Shown piece after piece: positions 8,670-17,281 of a DNA stretch of 46,644 nucleotides (positions are counted from its first letter, which is position 1; each line of letters begins with the position of its first letter). This DNA comes from Candidatus Omnitrophota bacterium (GTDB lineage: Bacteria; Omnitrophota; Gorgyraeia; Gygaellales; Profunditerraquicolaceae). A model generated the notes under the pieces. The model was not told the DNA's origin and made no database searches. It saw only the letters and a program-made list of their open reading frames with translations. A program made the translations under genes and the position numbers. The stretch is from the NCBI GenBank assembly GCA_049517335.1, contig JBEKSD010000010.1, positions 1-46,644 on the forward strand, given 5' to 3'.

Positions 8670-9943
8670 ATTTACTTATTAAGGGCGGACAAGTAATTGA
8701 CCCGGTAAATAAATTAGATGAGGTTTGCGATATTTTAGTGGAAGGAAGTAAAATATCCAAGGTTGCCAAAAACATTAAAGCCAATGCCGATAAAATAATT
8801 GATGCGCAAGGCAAGGTTGTTATTCCGGGTTTAATAGATATGCACGTGCATTTACGCGAACCGGGCAGGGAAGACAAAGAAACTGTTTTAAGCGGGACAA
8901 AAGCTGCTTTAAGAGGCGGGGTTACAGGCGTTTTGGCTATGCCGAATACCGAACCTGCCCTTGACTCTGTTGAAAATGTAAAATTACTCAAGGGTATTAT
9001 TGAAAAAAGCGCGCAAGCCAATGTATTTATTTCCGGCGCGATTACCAAAGCAAGGCAGGGGTTAGAATTATCCGACATATCTGCCTTGAAAAAAGAAGGA
9101 ATAATCGCAATTACCGATGACGGTTCATCAATTGAGCGCGATGAGCTAATGCTCGAGGCGCTTAAAATCGCAAAGAGAGAAAAAATTTTAGTTATTTGCC
9201 ACAGCGAAGATAAGAGTTTGTCTAATCACGGCGTGGTCAATGCCGGTTTTACCGCCACGCGTCTCGGGCTGCGTGGGATTACAAAAGAATCAGAGTATAA
9301 GAGAATAGAAAGAGATATAAAGTTAGCAGAAAGAGCTGGTGCACCAGTACATATAGCGCATGTAAGCTGCAAGGAGTCGGTCAGTATTATTGCGGCAGCT
9401 AAGAAAAAAGGCATAAAGGTAACATGCGAAACCGCCCCGCATTATTTTGCATTAAGTGAGGAAGCGGTTTTAAATTATGATTCGAACATGAAAATGAACC
9501 CTCCGTTAAGAGGTAAAGAAGATGTTGCCGCAATAAAAGAAGGGTTAAAATCCGGAGTTATTGATGCTATTGCCTCAGATCACGCCCCACATACGGAAAA
9601 TGAAAAAGAAATAGAGTTTGAGCGCGCGGAATTTGGGGTTACAGGGTTAGAGACTGAATTGGCAGTAAGTATTACTGAACTAATCCAGCCGGGAATATTG
9701 GATTGGCCTGAGCTGTTGCTTAAAATGTCGGTTAATCCGGCAAAGATCTTAGGATTAGATAAAGGAACCCTGAGTGTTGGGTCTTGTGCGGATATAGTTA
9801 TATTGGATGCGCAAAAAGAATGGCTGGTAGAAAAAAGCGGGTTTCTATCAAAGTCTAAAAATTCGGCCTTTTTGAACAAAAAATTAAAAGGTGTGGTAGA
9901 ATATACTCTCCTGTCAGGAAAAATAACTTATACGATAGAATAA
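8666..9943 (+). CDS. pyrC: Dihydroorotase (type I)
   Basis: DMHVHLREPG, MPNT.P, KMNPPLR, ASDHAPH. Confidence 0.96.
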   Translation: MNLLIKGGQVIDPVNKLDEVCDILVEGSKISKVAKNIKANADKIIDAQGKVVIPGLIDMHVHLREPGREDKETVLSGTKAALRGGVTGVLAMPNTEPALDSVENVKLLKGIIEKSAQANVFISGAITKARQGLELSDISALKKEGIIAITDDGSSIERDELMLEALKIAKREKILVICHSEDKSLSNHGVVNAGFTATRLGLRGITKESEYKRIERDIKLAERAGAPVHIAHVSCKESVSIIAAAKKKGIKVTCETAPHYFALSEEAVLNYDSNMKMNPPLRGKEDVAAIKEGLKSGVIDAIASDHAPHTENEKEIEFERAEFGVTGLETELAVSITELIQPGILDWPELLLKMSVNPAKILGLDKGTLSVGSCADIVILDAQKEWLVEKSGFLSKSKNSAFLNKKLKGVVEYTLLSGKITYTIE

Positions 9944-9944
9944 T

Positions 9945-11183
9945 ATGGAATTCATAGCTGATTTTCACATTCACTCAAAATACTCCCGCGCCACCAGCCG
10001 CGATATGGACGTAAAACACCTTGCCGAATGGGCAAAGATCAAAGGGATAACGCTCATGGGTACGGGCGATTTTACCCACCACCTCTGGCTTGAGGAGCTG
10101 AAGAATAATTTGGAAGATTGCGGCAACGGTTTGTTTAAATATCAGGGTATTTATTTTATCCTCACCTCCGAGATTAGCAGCATTTATTCCAAGAATAACA
10201 GGACCTACCGCGTGCATAATATGGTTTTTAGCCCTTCATTTAAGACTACTGATAAAATCAATGACCGCTTAAGCCGCTTAGGGAATATTTCAAGCGATGG
10301 CAGGCCGATTTTAGGGTTAGATGCCTCGGAACTAGCACGCATAGTTTTTGATATCGACGAGAATTGTATGGTTGTACCCGGCCATATCTGGACGCCGTGG
10401 TTTTCCGTATTCGGATCGATGTCAGGTTTCGACAGGATCGAAGATTGCTTTGAAAAGCAGACAAGTAAAATTTTCGCTCTCGAAACCGGCTTATCAAGCG
10501 ATCCGGCAATGAACTGGCGTTTGAGCGCATTGGATAAATTCACCTTAATTTCAAACAGCGATTCGCATTCACCTGCGAAAATTGGTCGCGAGGCAAATGT
10601 CTTTAATTGCGAGATGGATTACAAAACAATACGCGAAGTCCTAAGAACAAAAGACAAAAAAAGATTTTTATATACAATAGAATTTTTCCCCGAAGAAGGT
10701 AAATACCATTTTGACGGGCACAGGTTATGCGAAACGAGGTTATCTCCGGAGGAGACAAAGAAATATAAGGGGATTTGTCCTAAATGTGGCAAGAAAGTTA
10801 CCGTTGGAGTGATGAACCGCGTTGACCAGCTGGCTGACCGGCCGCAAGGCTTTAAGCCGGAGAACGCAATACCATTTAGGAATTTGGTCCCATTCGATGA
10901 AATTATTGCCGAAGCGCGCGGAGTAGGTAAAGGCTCAATTGCGGTTGAAAGGGAGTACCGAGCTTATATAGCAAAATTCGGCACTGAATTCGAGATACTC
11001 TTAAGGGCCTCCAAAGAAGATTTATTGAAAAATTTGCCCCCGAGAGTGGCTCAAGGCGTATTGCGTGTGCGCGAAGGCAAGGTGAATATTAAGGCCGGCT
11101 ATGACGGCGAGTATGGAGTGATTTCCATATTTGGTGAAGACGAAAAAGAAGAAAAAGCAGAAAAACAGTTGGATTTATTCTAA
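9945..11183 (+). CDS. Endonuclease Q family protein (PHP domain + Zn ribbon)
   Basis: ADFHIHSKYSRATS, GTGDFTH, HIWTPWFS, ETGLSSD, SNSDSHS, GKYH...HRLC...CPKC; no fused UvrD helicase. Confidence 0.9.
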   Translation: MEFIADFHIHSKYSRATSRDMDVKHLAEWAKIKGITLMGTGDFTHHLWLEELKNNLEDCGNGLFKYQGIYFILTSEISSIYSKNNRTYRVHNMVFSPSFKTTDKINDRLSRLGNISSDGRPILGLDASELARIVFDIDENCMVVPGHIWTPWFSVFGSMSGFDRIEDCFEKQTSKIFALETGLSSDPAMNWRLSALDKFTLISNSDSHSPAKIGREANVFNCEMDYKTIREVLRTKDKKRFLYTIEFFPEEGKYHFDGHRLCETRLSPEETKKYKGICPKCGKKVTVGVMNRVDQLADRPQGFKPENAIPFRNLVPFDEIIAEARGVGKGSIAVEREYRAYIAKFGTEFEILLRASKEDLLKNLPPRVAQGVLRVREGKVNIKAGYDGEYGVISIFGEDEKEEKAEKQLDLF

Positions 11184-11184
11184 C

Positions 11185-11256
11185 GCGCCTGTAGCGCAAT
11201 GGATAGCGCACTAGCCTCCGGAGCTAGTGGTACAGGTTCGACTCCTGTCAGGCGCA
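11185..11256 (+). tRNA. tRNA-Arg(CCG)
   Basis: GCGCCTG/CAGGCGC acceptor stem; anticodon arm CTAGC-CTCCGGA-GCTAG; GGTTCGACTCC T-arm; CCA not encoded. Confidence 0.96.
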
Positions 11257-11265
11257 AATTTAGAA

Positions 11266-11718
11266 ATGAAAAAGAAAATAGTGAGTGTGATTGGCGGAAG
11301 GCAATGTACGGCCAAAGTGGAGCAATTAGCCCATAAATTAGGCAAAAAATTGGCTAAAGTGGCTGATTATCTCGTTTGTGGTGGCTTAAGTGGAACGATG
11401 GAGGCGGTAAGTAAAGGATTTAAGGATGCCGGCGGCGTAACTATAGGCATATTACCGAGTTATAACAAATTTGATGCTAATGCTTACATAGATATTTGTA
11501 TTCCTACGGGGTTAGGTTTAGCTAGAAACGTCCTAGTTGTGAAAGCAGCAGATGTAGTCGTAGCTTTGCCGGGTGAAGCGGGAACATTATCGGAGGTTGC
11601 TTATTGCCTGCAGTTCGGTATCCCGGTAATCTGTTTAAAGTCGTGGGATATCAAGGGAGTTATCAAGGTTAACAGCATAGAAAAAGCCATAGAAGAAGTA
11701 AAGAAAATATTGGGGTAA
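11266..11718 (+). CDS. TIGR00725/LOG-family (SLOG) protein
   Basis: VSVIGG, LVCGGLSGTMEA, GVTIGILP, TGLGLARN, PGEAGTLSE. Start moved to ATG 11266 because 11227 lies inside the tRNA. Confidence 0.9.
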   Translation: MKKKIVSVIGGRQCTAKVEQLAHKLGKKLAKVADYLVCGGLSGTMEAVSKGFKDAGGVTIGILPSYNKFDANAYIDICIPTGLGLARNVLVVKAADVVVALPGEAGTLSEVAYCLQFGIPVICLKSWDIKGVIKVNSIEKAIEEVKKILG

Positions 11719-11723
11719 ATCAA

Positions 11724-13277
11724 GTGGAAAGAAAAGTTATCATTTTGGGCGGCGGCCCGAACCGGATCGGCCAAGGCATTGAATTTGATTACTGCTGCTG
11801 CCACGCTTCTTATGCCTTAAAAGAAGAAGGCATTGAGAGCATCATGGTAAACTGTAACCCGGAAACGGTTTCAACCGATTATGATACTTCGGATAAGTTA
11901 TATTTTGAGCCGCTTACCTTGGAAGATATTTTAAGTATTATTGAATTAGAAAAACCCCTGGGCGTGATTGTCCAGTTCGGCGGGCAAACTCCCTTAAATC
12001 TTGCGCTGCCTTTACGCAAGGCAGGGGTCAATTTATTAGGGACTTCGGCGGATAATATTGATATTGCCGAAGACAGGGAGCGTTTTAAACAGATGCTGCA
12101 TAAATTAAATCTCCTGCAGCCGCCTAACGGCACAGCGTTTACTTATCCAGAAGCCCAAGCCGTTGCTAGGCGCATCGGTTATCCTGTGTTGGTAAGGCCT
12201 TCTTATGTTTTAGGCGGCAGGGCCATGGAAATAGTTTATGAAGAAAGTATTTTAGAAAAGTTTATTAAGGAGGCGGCGGCAGTTTCCGGGGAGCATCCTG
12301 TTTTAATTGATAAATTTCTCGAGGATGCCACGGAGGTTGACGTAGATTTGCTCGGTGACGGAAAGACGTTTGTTATCGGAGGCGTAATGGAGCATATTGA
12401 GGAGGCGGGAATTCATTCCGGAGACTCGGCAATGTCGCTGCCGACATTCAGCCTCTCAAAACAGGTAGTTGATAAAGTAAGGCAGGCGACATTAGAGATG
12501 GCGCGGGAATTAAATGTCGTAGGGCTGATGAATGTGCAGTATGCCGTTAAAGATGAATTGGTTTATGTTTTGGAAGTTAACCCCCGGGCTTCAAGGACAG
12601 TGCCGTTTGTTTCCAAGGCAATAGGTGTCCCGCTTGCCAAGCTGGCGACAAAAATAATGGTGGGCAGGAAATTAAAAGAGCTGGGTTTTACTAAAGAGAT
12701 AATTCCGGGTTATTTTTCCGTTAAGGAATCGGTTTTTCCTTTTAACCGGTTCCCGGGGGTGGATATTATTCTGGGCCCTGAAATGAAATCTACGGGAGAA
12801 GTAATGGGGATAGACGCGGATTTCGGGCAGGCTTACATAAAAAGCCAGCTTGCTGCCGGGCAGCAGTTACCAACCAAGGGGAATATTTTTATTTCAGTGC
12901 GGGATAAAGATAAGGATGCGATTGTACCTATTGCCAGGGGATTGCTTAAGTTAGGGTTTAATATTTATGCTACCCTTGGCACTGCCGAGGCACTTAAAAA
13001 AAATAAAATAGAGGTAAAAACCCTGCGCAAGATAGCGGACGGTTCCCCTAATATTTTGGATTTAATGAAAGAAGGTAAGGTTCAATTGGTAATTAACACG
13101 CCTACAGGTAGGATTCCCCGGCAGGATGAAGTAAAGATACGTTCGCAGGTGATTTTATACAATATTCCCTACACTACTACTATTTCAGGTGCGCAGGCGA
13201 CCCTGAACGGGATTGCAATATTAATAAAGAAAAAACTGTCTGTTAAGTCGTTGCAGGAATATCATAAGGAGAGATAA
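11724..13277 (+). CDS. carB: Carbamoyl-phosphate synthase large subunit, C-terminal half only (carbamate-phosphorylation + allosteric domains)
   Basis: Begins RKVIILGGGPNRIGQGIEFDYCC (start of second CarB half); NPETVSTDYD, VRPSYVLGG, HSGDS, EVNPRASRT, GPEMKSTGE, MGS-like tail; 517 aa versus about 1070 for intact CarB. Confidence 0.92.
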   Translation: MERKVIILGGGPNRIGQGIEFDYCCCHASYALKEEGIESIMVNCNPETVSTDYDTSDKLYFEPLTLEDILSIIELEKPLGVIVQFGGQTPLNLALPLRKAGVNLLGTSADNIDIAEDRERFKQMLHKLNLLQPPNGTAFTYPEAQAVARRIGYPVLVRPSYVLGGRAMEIVYEESILEKFIKEAAAVSGEHPVLIDKFLEDATEVDVDLLGDGKTFVIGGVMEHIEEAGIHSGDSAMSLPTFSLSKQVVDKVRQATLEMARELNVVGLMNVQYAVKDELVYVLEVNPRASRTVPFVSKAIGVPLAKLATKIMVGRKLKELGFTKEIIPGYFSVKESVFPFNRFPGVDIILGPEMKSTGEVMGIDADFGQAYIKSQLAAGQQLPTKGNIFISVRDKDKDAIVPIARGLLKLGFNIYATLGTAEALKKNKIEVKTLRKIADGSPNILDLMKEGKVQLVINTPTGRIPRQDEVKIRSQVILYNIPYTTTISGAQATLNGIAILIKKKLSVKSLQEYHKER

Positions 13278-14077
13278 TGCCGGAACTTCCGGAAGTGGAA
13301 ACAATTAAACGGGAGCTTGAACGCGTAATCAAAGGTTCTAAAATCATTGAAGTCTGCGTGAATAATCCCAAGGTTATCCGTGAGCCTTCCGTGGAAAAGT
13401 TTAGAAGAGGATTAACCGGGGTAACAATCAAAAATATATTAAGGCGGGCTAAGGTTTTAGTTTTAGAACTATCCAATGGTAAGTCGCTTGTAATTCACCT
13501 TAGGATGACCGGCCAGCTGGTATATCCCGGAGACGGCAAAAGAAGCCGCGTAACTTTCCGTTTAGCCGGCGGCAAGTTACTTGACTTTAATGACCAGCGG
13601 CTTTTTGCGGAGCTTCGCCTCTGTGATGATTGGCGCGCCTTAAAATTTATCCGGGGGCTTGGGCCGGAACCATTTGACATAACATTAGAACAGTTTAAAG
13701 ACAAACTTAAGCTTAAAAAAACCAAGATTAAGCCCTTGCTTATGGACCAGACATTTATTTCAGGGATAGGCAACCTCTATGCCGCGGAAATATTGTTTGG
13801 CGCAAAGATAAATCCTCTGCGGCCTGCGCAGGGCTTAAGCGACAAAGAAAAAGAAATCCTGTTTACTGAAATAAAGAAAGTTCTGCAAAAGGCCATACAT
13901 TATGGAGGTTCTTCCGTAGATAATTATGTGCGTTTATCGGGTAAGCCGGGAGGATATGCCGCGTATCATAAAGTCTACGGTAGGGCAGGCAAGCCCTGTC
14001 CGCTATGCAGGAGTACGATAAAAAGAATTACCCTCGGAGGCAGAGGCACTTATTTCTGCCCCAAGTGTCAGGAATGA
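13277..14077 (+). CDS. mutM: Formamidopyrimidine-DNA glycosylase
   Basis: MPELPEVE, HLRMTG, LMDQ..ISGIGNLYA.E, CPLC...CPKCQ zinc finger. Confidence 0.97.
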   Translation: MPELPEVETIKRELERVIKGSKIIEVCVNNPKVIREPSVEKFRRGLTGVTIKNILRRAKVLVLELSNGKSLVIHLRMTGQLVYPGDGKRSRVTFRLAGGKLLDFNDQRLFAELRLCDDWRALKFIRGLGPEPFDITLEQFKDKLKLKKTKIKPLLMDQTFISGIGNLYAAEILFGAKINPLRPAQGLSDKEKEILFTEIKKVLQKAIHYGGSSVDNYVRLSGKPGGYAAYHKVYGRAGKPCPLCRSTIKRITLGGRGTYFCPKCQE

Positions 14078-14080
14078 CTT

Positions 14081-14659
14081 ATGAAAAAGAGAATAAAAAT
14101 ACAGGGGTTCCTGATTTTTTTAGCGCTACTCGCGCTGATATTTTTCTACAAGCATCTCCTGCCGGTTCCGCAGAATAAGATAAGTAGGATAATCCTAGAC
14201 GGTATAGGGGTAATGCTATTTTTATCGGGATACAGCTTAAGGATCATGGCAAGGGGTTATAAGGCCGAGTTAAACCCCGATGGTAAAAGCTTAATAACGC
14301 AGGGGCCGTATGCTTTGACGAGGAACCCGATGTATTTAGGCACATTAATGATCAGCCTTGGAATCATTTTACTGCTTTTGAAATGGTGGGCAGGGTTAAT
14401 CTTTTTAGCGGTATATTTAGTAATTTATGTCCCTGAGATTAAAAAAGAAGAAACAAAGCTCTTGGCGGCTTTCGGTGACGAGTTTAAAGATTATTGCAAA
14501 GTGCCGCGATTTTTTCCGGCCCTAACAAGCTTATTGCGGTCGGATAAGCAGAGCAGCTTAGAGTTTAAATTCGCCTGGCTAAAAAAAGAAATCTTATCGT
14601 TAGTCCCTACCCTGCTATTTGTAGGCGGGGTAAAAATCTGGGAATTGCACCACCTATGA
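14081..14659 (+). CDS. Isoprenylcysteine carboxylmethyltransferase/PEMT-family membrane protein
   Basis: LITQGPYALTRNPMYLG, EE..L...FG.EF..Y...VPRFFP; several TM helices. Confidence 0.85.
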   Translation: MKKRIKIQGFLIFLALLALIFFYKHLLPVPQNKISRIILDGIGVMLFLSGYSLRIMARGYKAELNPDGKSLITQGPYALTRNPMYLGTLMISLGIILLLLKWWAGLIFLAVYLVIYVPEIKKEETKLLAAFGDEFKDYCKVPRFFPALTSLLRSDKQSSLEFKFAWLKKEILSLVPTLLFVGGVKIWELHHL

Positions 14660-15423
14660 AAAATAATGCTTATCAGGAAAGAATTAAGATAATCGCCAAT
14701 AATAAAATCAGCGCAAGATATTTTAAATTGACGCTTAATTCGGCGAAAATAACTGCTCATGCTCAACCGGGGCAATTTGTAGAAATCAGGGTTGCTGATT
14801 CGGATGAGCCGCTTTTACGCCGGCCTTTGGGTATTCATCGCGTAAAAGGCGATGCTTTTGAAATTTTATGTGAGATTGTCGGAAGGGCTACGGCAATTTT
14901 ATCGCAGAGAAGGAACGGTGAATATCTGGATATAATTGGGCCATTAGGGAACGGATTTCGATTAAACGGGCAAACAATCATTGTCGCCGGAGGTATGGGG
15001 GTTGCGCCGCTAGTTTTTCTTGCAGAGAGATTGGCCGTCAGCAAACCTTTGGTTCTTCTCGGGGCGAAGACAAAAAAAAGTATTCTTTGTGAAAAAGAAT
15101 TTAAAAAAATCGGCTGCGATGTTAAAATTGCTACAGACGACGGCTCTCTCGGTTTTAAAGGTAAGGTTACGGATTTACTGAGGAAGTTAGTGTCAACTGT
15201 CAACTGTCAACTGTCAACTATTTATGCTTGCGGCCCGCGTCCTATGTTAAAAGCAATAGCGAGGATTTCCAAAAAATATAAAATTCCGGCGCAGGTTTCG
15301 CTTGAGGAGCACATGGCTTGCGGCATAGGCGTTTGTTTAGGATGCGTGGTGAATACGAAAAAAGGAATGCAGAGGGTTTGTAAGGAAGGCCCGGTTTTTG
15401 AGGCAAAAGAGATTATCTGGTAA
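14656..15423 (+). CDS. pyrK: Dihydroorotate dehydrogenase electron transfer subunit
   Basis: PGQFV, LLRRP, GPLGNGF, AGGMGVAP, YACGP, MACGIGVCLGC...VCKEGPVF [2Fe-2S] motif. Confidence 0.96.
   Translation: MKNNAYQERIKIIANNKISARYFKLTLNSAKITAHAQPGQFVEIRVADSDEPLLRRPLGIHRVKGDAFEILCEIVGRATAILSQRRNGEYLDIIGPLGNGFRLNGQTIIVAGGMGVAPLVFLAERLAVSKPLVLLGAKTKKSILCEKEFKKIGCDVKIATDDGSLGFKGKVTDLLRKLVSTVNCQLSTIYACGPRPMLKAIARISKKYKIPAQVSLEEHMACGIGVCLGCVVNTKKGMQRVCKEGPVFEAKEIIW
15191..15218 (+). repeat. Heptanucleotide tandem repeat (TGTCAAC)x4 inside pyrK
   Basis: Four exact copies; encodes VSTVNCQLST just before IYACGP. Confidence 0.95.
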
Positions 15424-15424
15424 A

Positions 15425-16339
15425 ATGCCCAATTTATCCGTTAATATAGGAAAACTCAAACTTAAGAACCCGGTGATGGTTGCCTCGGGGACTTTTGGCT
15501 ATGCGGAAGAATTTAAAGATTTTGTAGACTTAAAACAACTCGGAGCTATAGTCAGTAAAACCATTACTTTAAAGCCGCGCAAGGGCAATCCTCCTCCGCG
15601 TACCTGCGAGACGCCCTCGGGCATACTTAATTCCATAGGCCTTGAGAATCCCGGCTTGGAGGGATTCTTAAAAGATAAATTGCCTCTTTTAAAAAAAACA
15701 GGCGCTCCGGTCATTGTTAGCATCGCTTCCGAAGGTGAACCCGAAGAATTCATGACGCTTGCCGGAAAACTGGATGAAATAAAAGAAGTGGCGGCGTTAG
15801 AGTTAAATATCTCCTGTCCGAACATAAGAGAAAAGAATCGCTTAATTTCTCAAGACGCCTCGGCAACGTATGATTTAGTTAAAAACGTGCGTAGGGTGAC
15901 TAAGAAAATATTGATTACTAAGCTCTCACCTAACGTTACCTCAATTGTTGAAATTGCGCAGGCTGCCGAGGAAGCAGGTAGCGATGCCGTTTCTTTGATT
16001 AATACATTGACCGGAATGACTATTGATTTATCCAGCCGCCGGCCGAAAATAGCCGCAATTACCGGTGGATTAAGCGGGCCGGCAATAAGGCCGGTTGCGC
16101 TAAGGATGTGTTGGGAATGCGCGTGTAATATAAATATTCCCATAATTGGCATGGGTGGTATAATGGACAGCCAAAGCGCGCTTGAATTCATTGTTGCCGG
16201 AGCAAGCGCGGTCAGTGTCGGAACAGTAAATTTCGTCAACCCAAAAGCTTATCTCGAAATTATTCACGGCATTAATGATTACTTGAAAAAAAACCAAATG
16301 AAAGATATACGCACCTTAATAGGAAGCCTTAAGGCATGA
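15425..16339 (+). CDS. pyrD: Dihydroorotate dehydrogenase (NAD+, family 1B) catalytic subunit
   Basis: KNPVMVASGTFG, NSIGLENPG, ELNISCPN, KLSPNV, GGLSGPAIRP; ATG 15425 follows pyrK stop. Confidence 0.96.
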   Translation: MPNLSVNIGKLKLKNPVMVASGTFGYAEEFKDFVDLKQLGAIVSKTITLKPRKGNPPPRTCETPSGILNSIGLENPGLEGFLKDKLPLLKKTGAPVIVSIASEGEPEEFMTLAGKLDEIKEVAALELNISCPNIREKNRLISQDASATYDLVKNVRRVTKKILITKLSPNVTSIVEIAQAAEEAGSDAVSLINTLTGMTIDLSSRRPKIAAITGGLSGPAIRPVALRMCWECACNINIPIIGMGGIMDSQSALEFIVAGASAVSVGTVNFVNPKAYLEIIHGINDYLKKNQMKDIRTLIGSLKA

Positions 16340-17013
16340 AGAAAACCCCCGAGATTATACTCGCTTTGGATGTAGATACGTTGGAGAAAGCAGGGCAGTT
16401 TGTAGATAAACTTTACCCGAAAATAAAAATCTTTAAGGTAGGGATACAACTTTTTACAGCCTACGGCCCCAAGATTGTTGAAACCATTAACAAGAAAGGC
16501 GCTGAAGTTTTTCTGGATTTAAAGTTCTTTGATATTCCTAATACTGTGGCAGGCGCTGTGCGCTCGGCGGTAAAATTGAACGTTAAGATGCTCACCCTGC
16601 ATATTTTAGGTGATGAAGATATGTTAAGAGGCGCAGTGGCAGCGGCAGAAGATGAGGCGGGAAAGCTTAAAGTAAAAAAGCCGCTTATAATCGGAGTTAC
16701 GGTTTTAACCAGCAAAGAAACAACCTCTACCGATGTTTTGACTTTGGCTAAAAGAGGGATTGATTGCGGCCTGGATGGCGTAGTTTGTTCGGCAAGGGAA
16801 GTTGCTTTGTTAAAGAAAGAAATAAACAGGGATTTTATTATAGTGACGCCTGGCATAAGGCCGTCAGGCGTTTCAGGTAATGACCAAAAAAGGACCGCTA
16901 CCGCAGAAGAAGCGATTAAATCGGGCAGCAATTTTTTGGTCATCGGCCGGCCGATTTTGGAAGCCAAAGATCCTTTAAAGGTAGCAGAAGAGTTTGTTGC
17001 TGCCTGTAGTTAA
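16336..17013 (+). CDS. pyrF: Orotidine-5'-phosphate decarboxylase
   Basis: ILALD, FLDLKFFDIPNT, VTVLTS, VTPGIR, DQKR, VIGRPI. Confidence 0.97.
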   Translation: MKKTPEIILALDVDTLEKAGQFVDKLYPKIKIFKVGIQLFTAYGPKIVETINKKGAEVFLDLKFFDIPNTVAGAVRSAVKLNVKMLTLHILGDEDMLRGAVAAAEDEAGKLKVKKPLIIGVTVLTSKETTSTDVLTLAKRGIDCGLDGVVCSAREVALLKKEINRDFIIVTPGIRPSGVSGNDQKRTATAEEAIKSGSNFLVIGRPILEAKDPLKVAEEFVAACS

Positions 17014-17014
17014 G

Positions 17015-17088
17015 GGGCGGTTAGTTCAGTTGGTTAGAACGCGTGATTTACATTCACGAAGTCAGGGGTTCAAGTCCTCTACCGCCCA
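17015..17088 (+). tRNA. tRNA-Val(TAC)
   Basis: GGGCGGT/ACCGCCC acceptor; CGTGA-TTTACAT-TCACG anticodon arm; GGTTCAAGTCC; CCA not encoded. Confidence 0.96.
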
Positions 17089-17144
17089 TTAAATATTTAT
17101 TGCAAAGGGAGTTTTTTTAGTTTAGAATTAAGCTCCTTAATTTT

Positions 17145-17220
17145 GGGGTCGTGGTGTAGCCTGGTCTAACACGTCGCCCTGTCACGGCGAAGACCGCGAG
17201 TTCAAATCTCGTCGACCCCG
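17145..17220 (+). tRNA. tRNA-Asp(GTC)
   Basis: GGGGTCG/CGACCCC acceptor; TCGCC-CTGTCAC-GGCGA anticodon arm; GAGTTCAAATCTC; G discriminator. Confidence 0.96.
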
Positions 17221-17281
17221 TTTGATTTTAATGCACTTTTTCTGGAAGTAGCCTTAGCATGGTGAGTGATCATTGGCCTAG

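Noticed and set aside
17104-17139. Hairpin between tRNA-Val and tRNA-Asp as a separate ncRNA or terminator
   Set aside because: Short imperfect stem with a large AT-rich loop; most likely a tRNA spacer.
17145-17281. tRNA-Asp as integration site of a genomic island
   Set aside because: Gene content changes here, but no integrase and no duplicated tRNA 3' end were seen in the window; cannot be excluded beyond the window.
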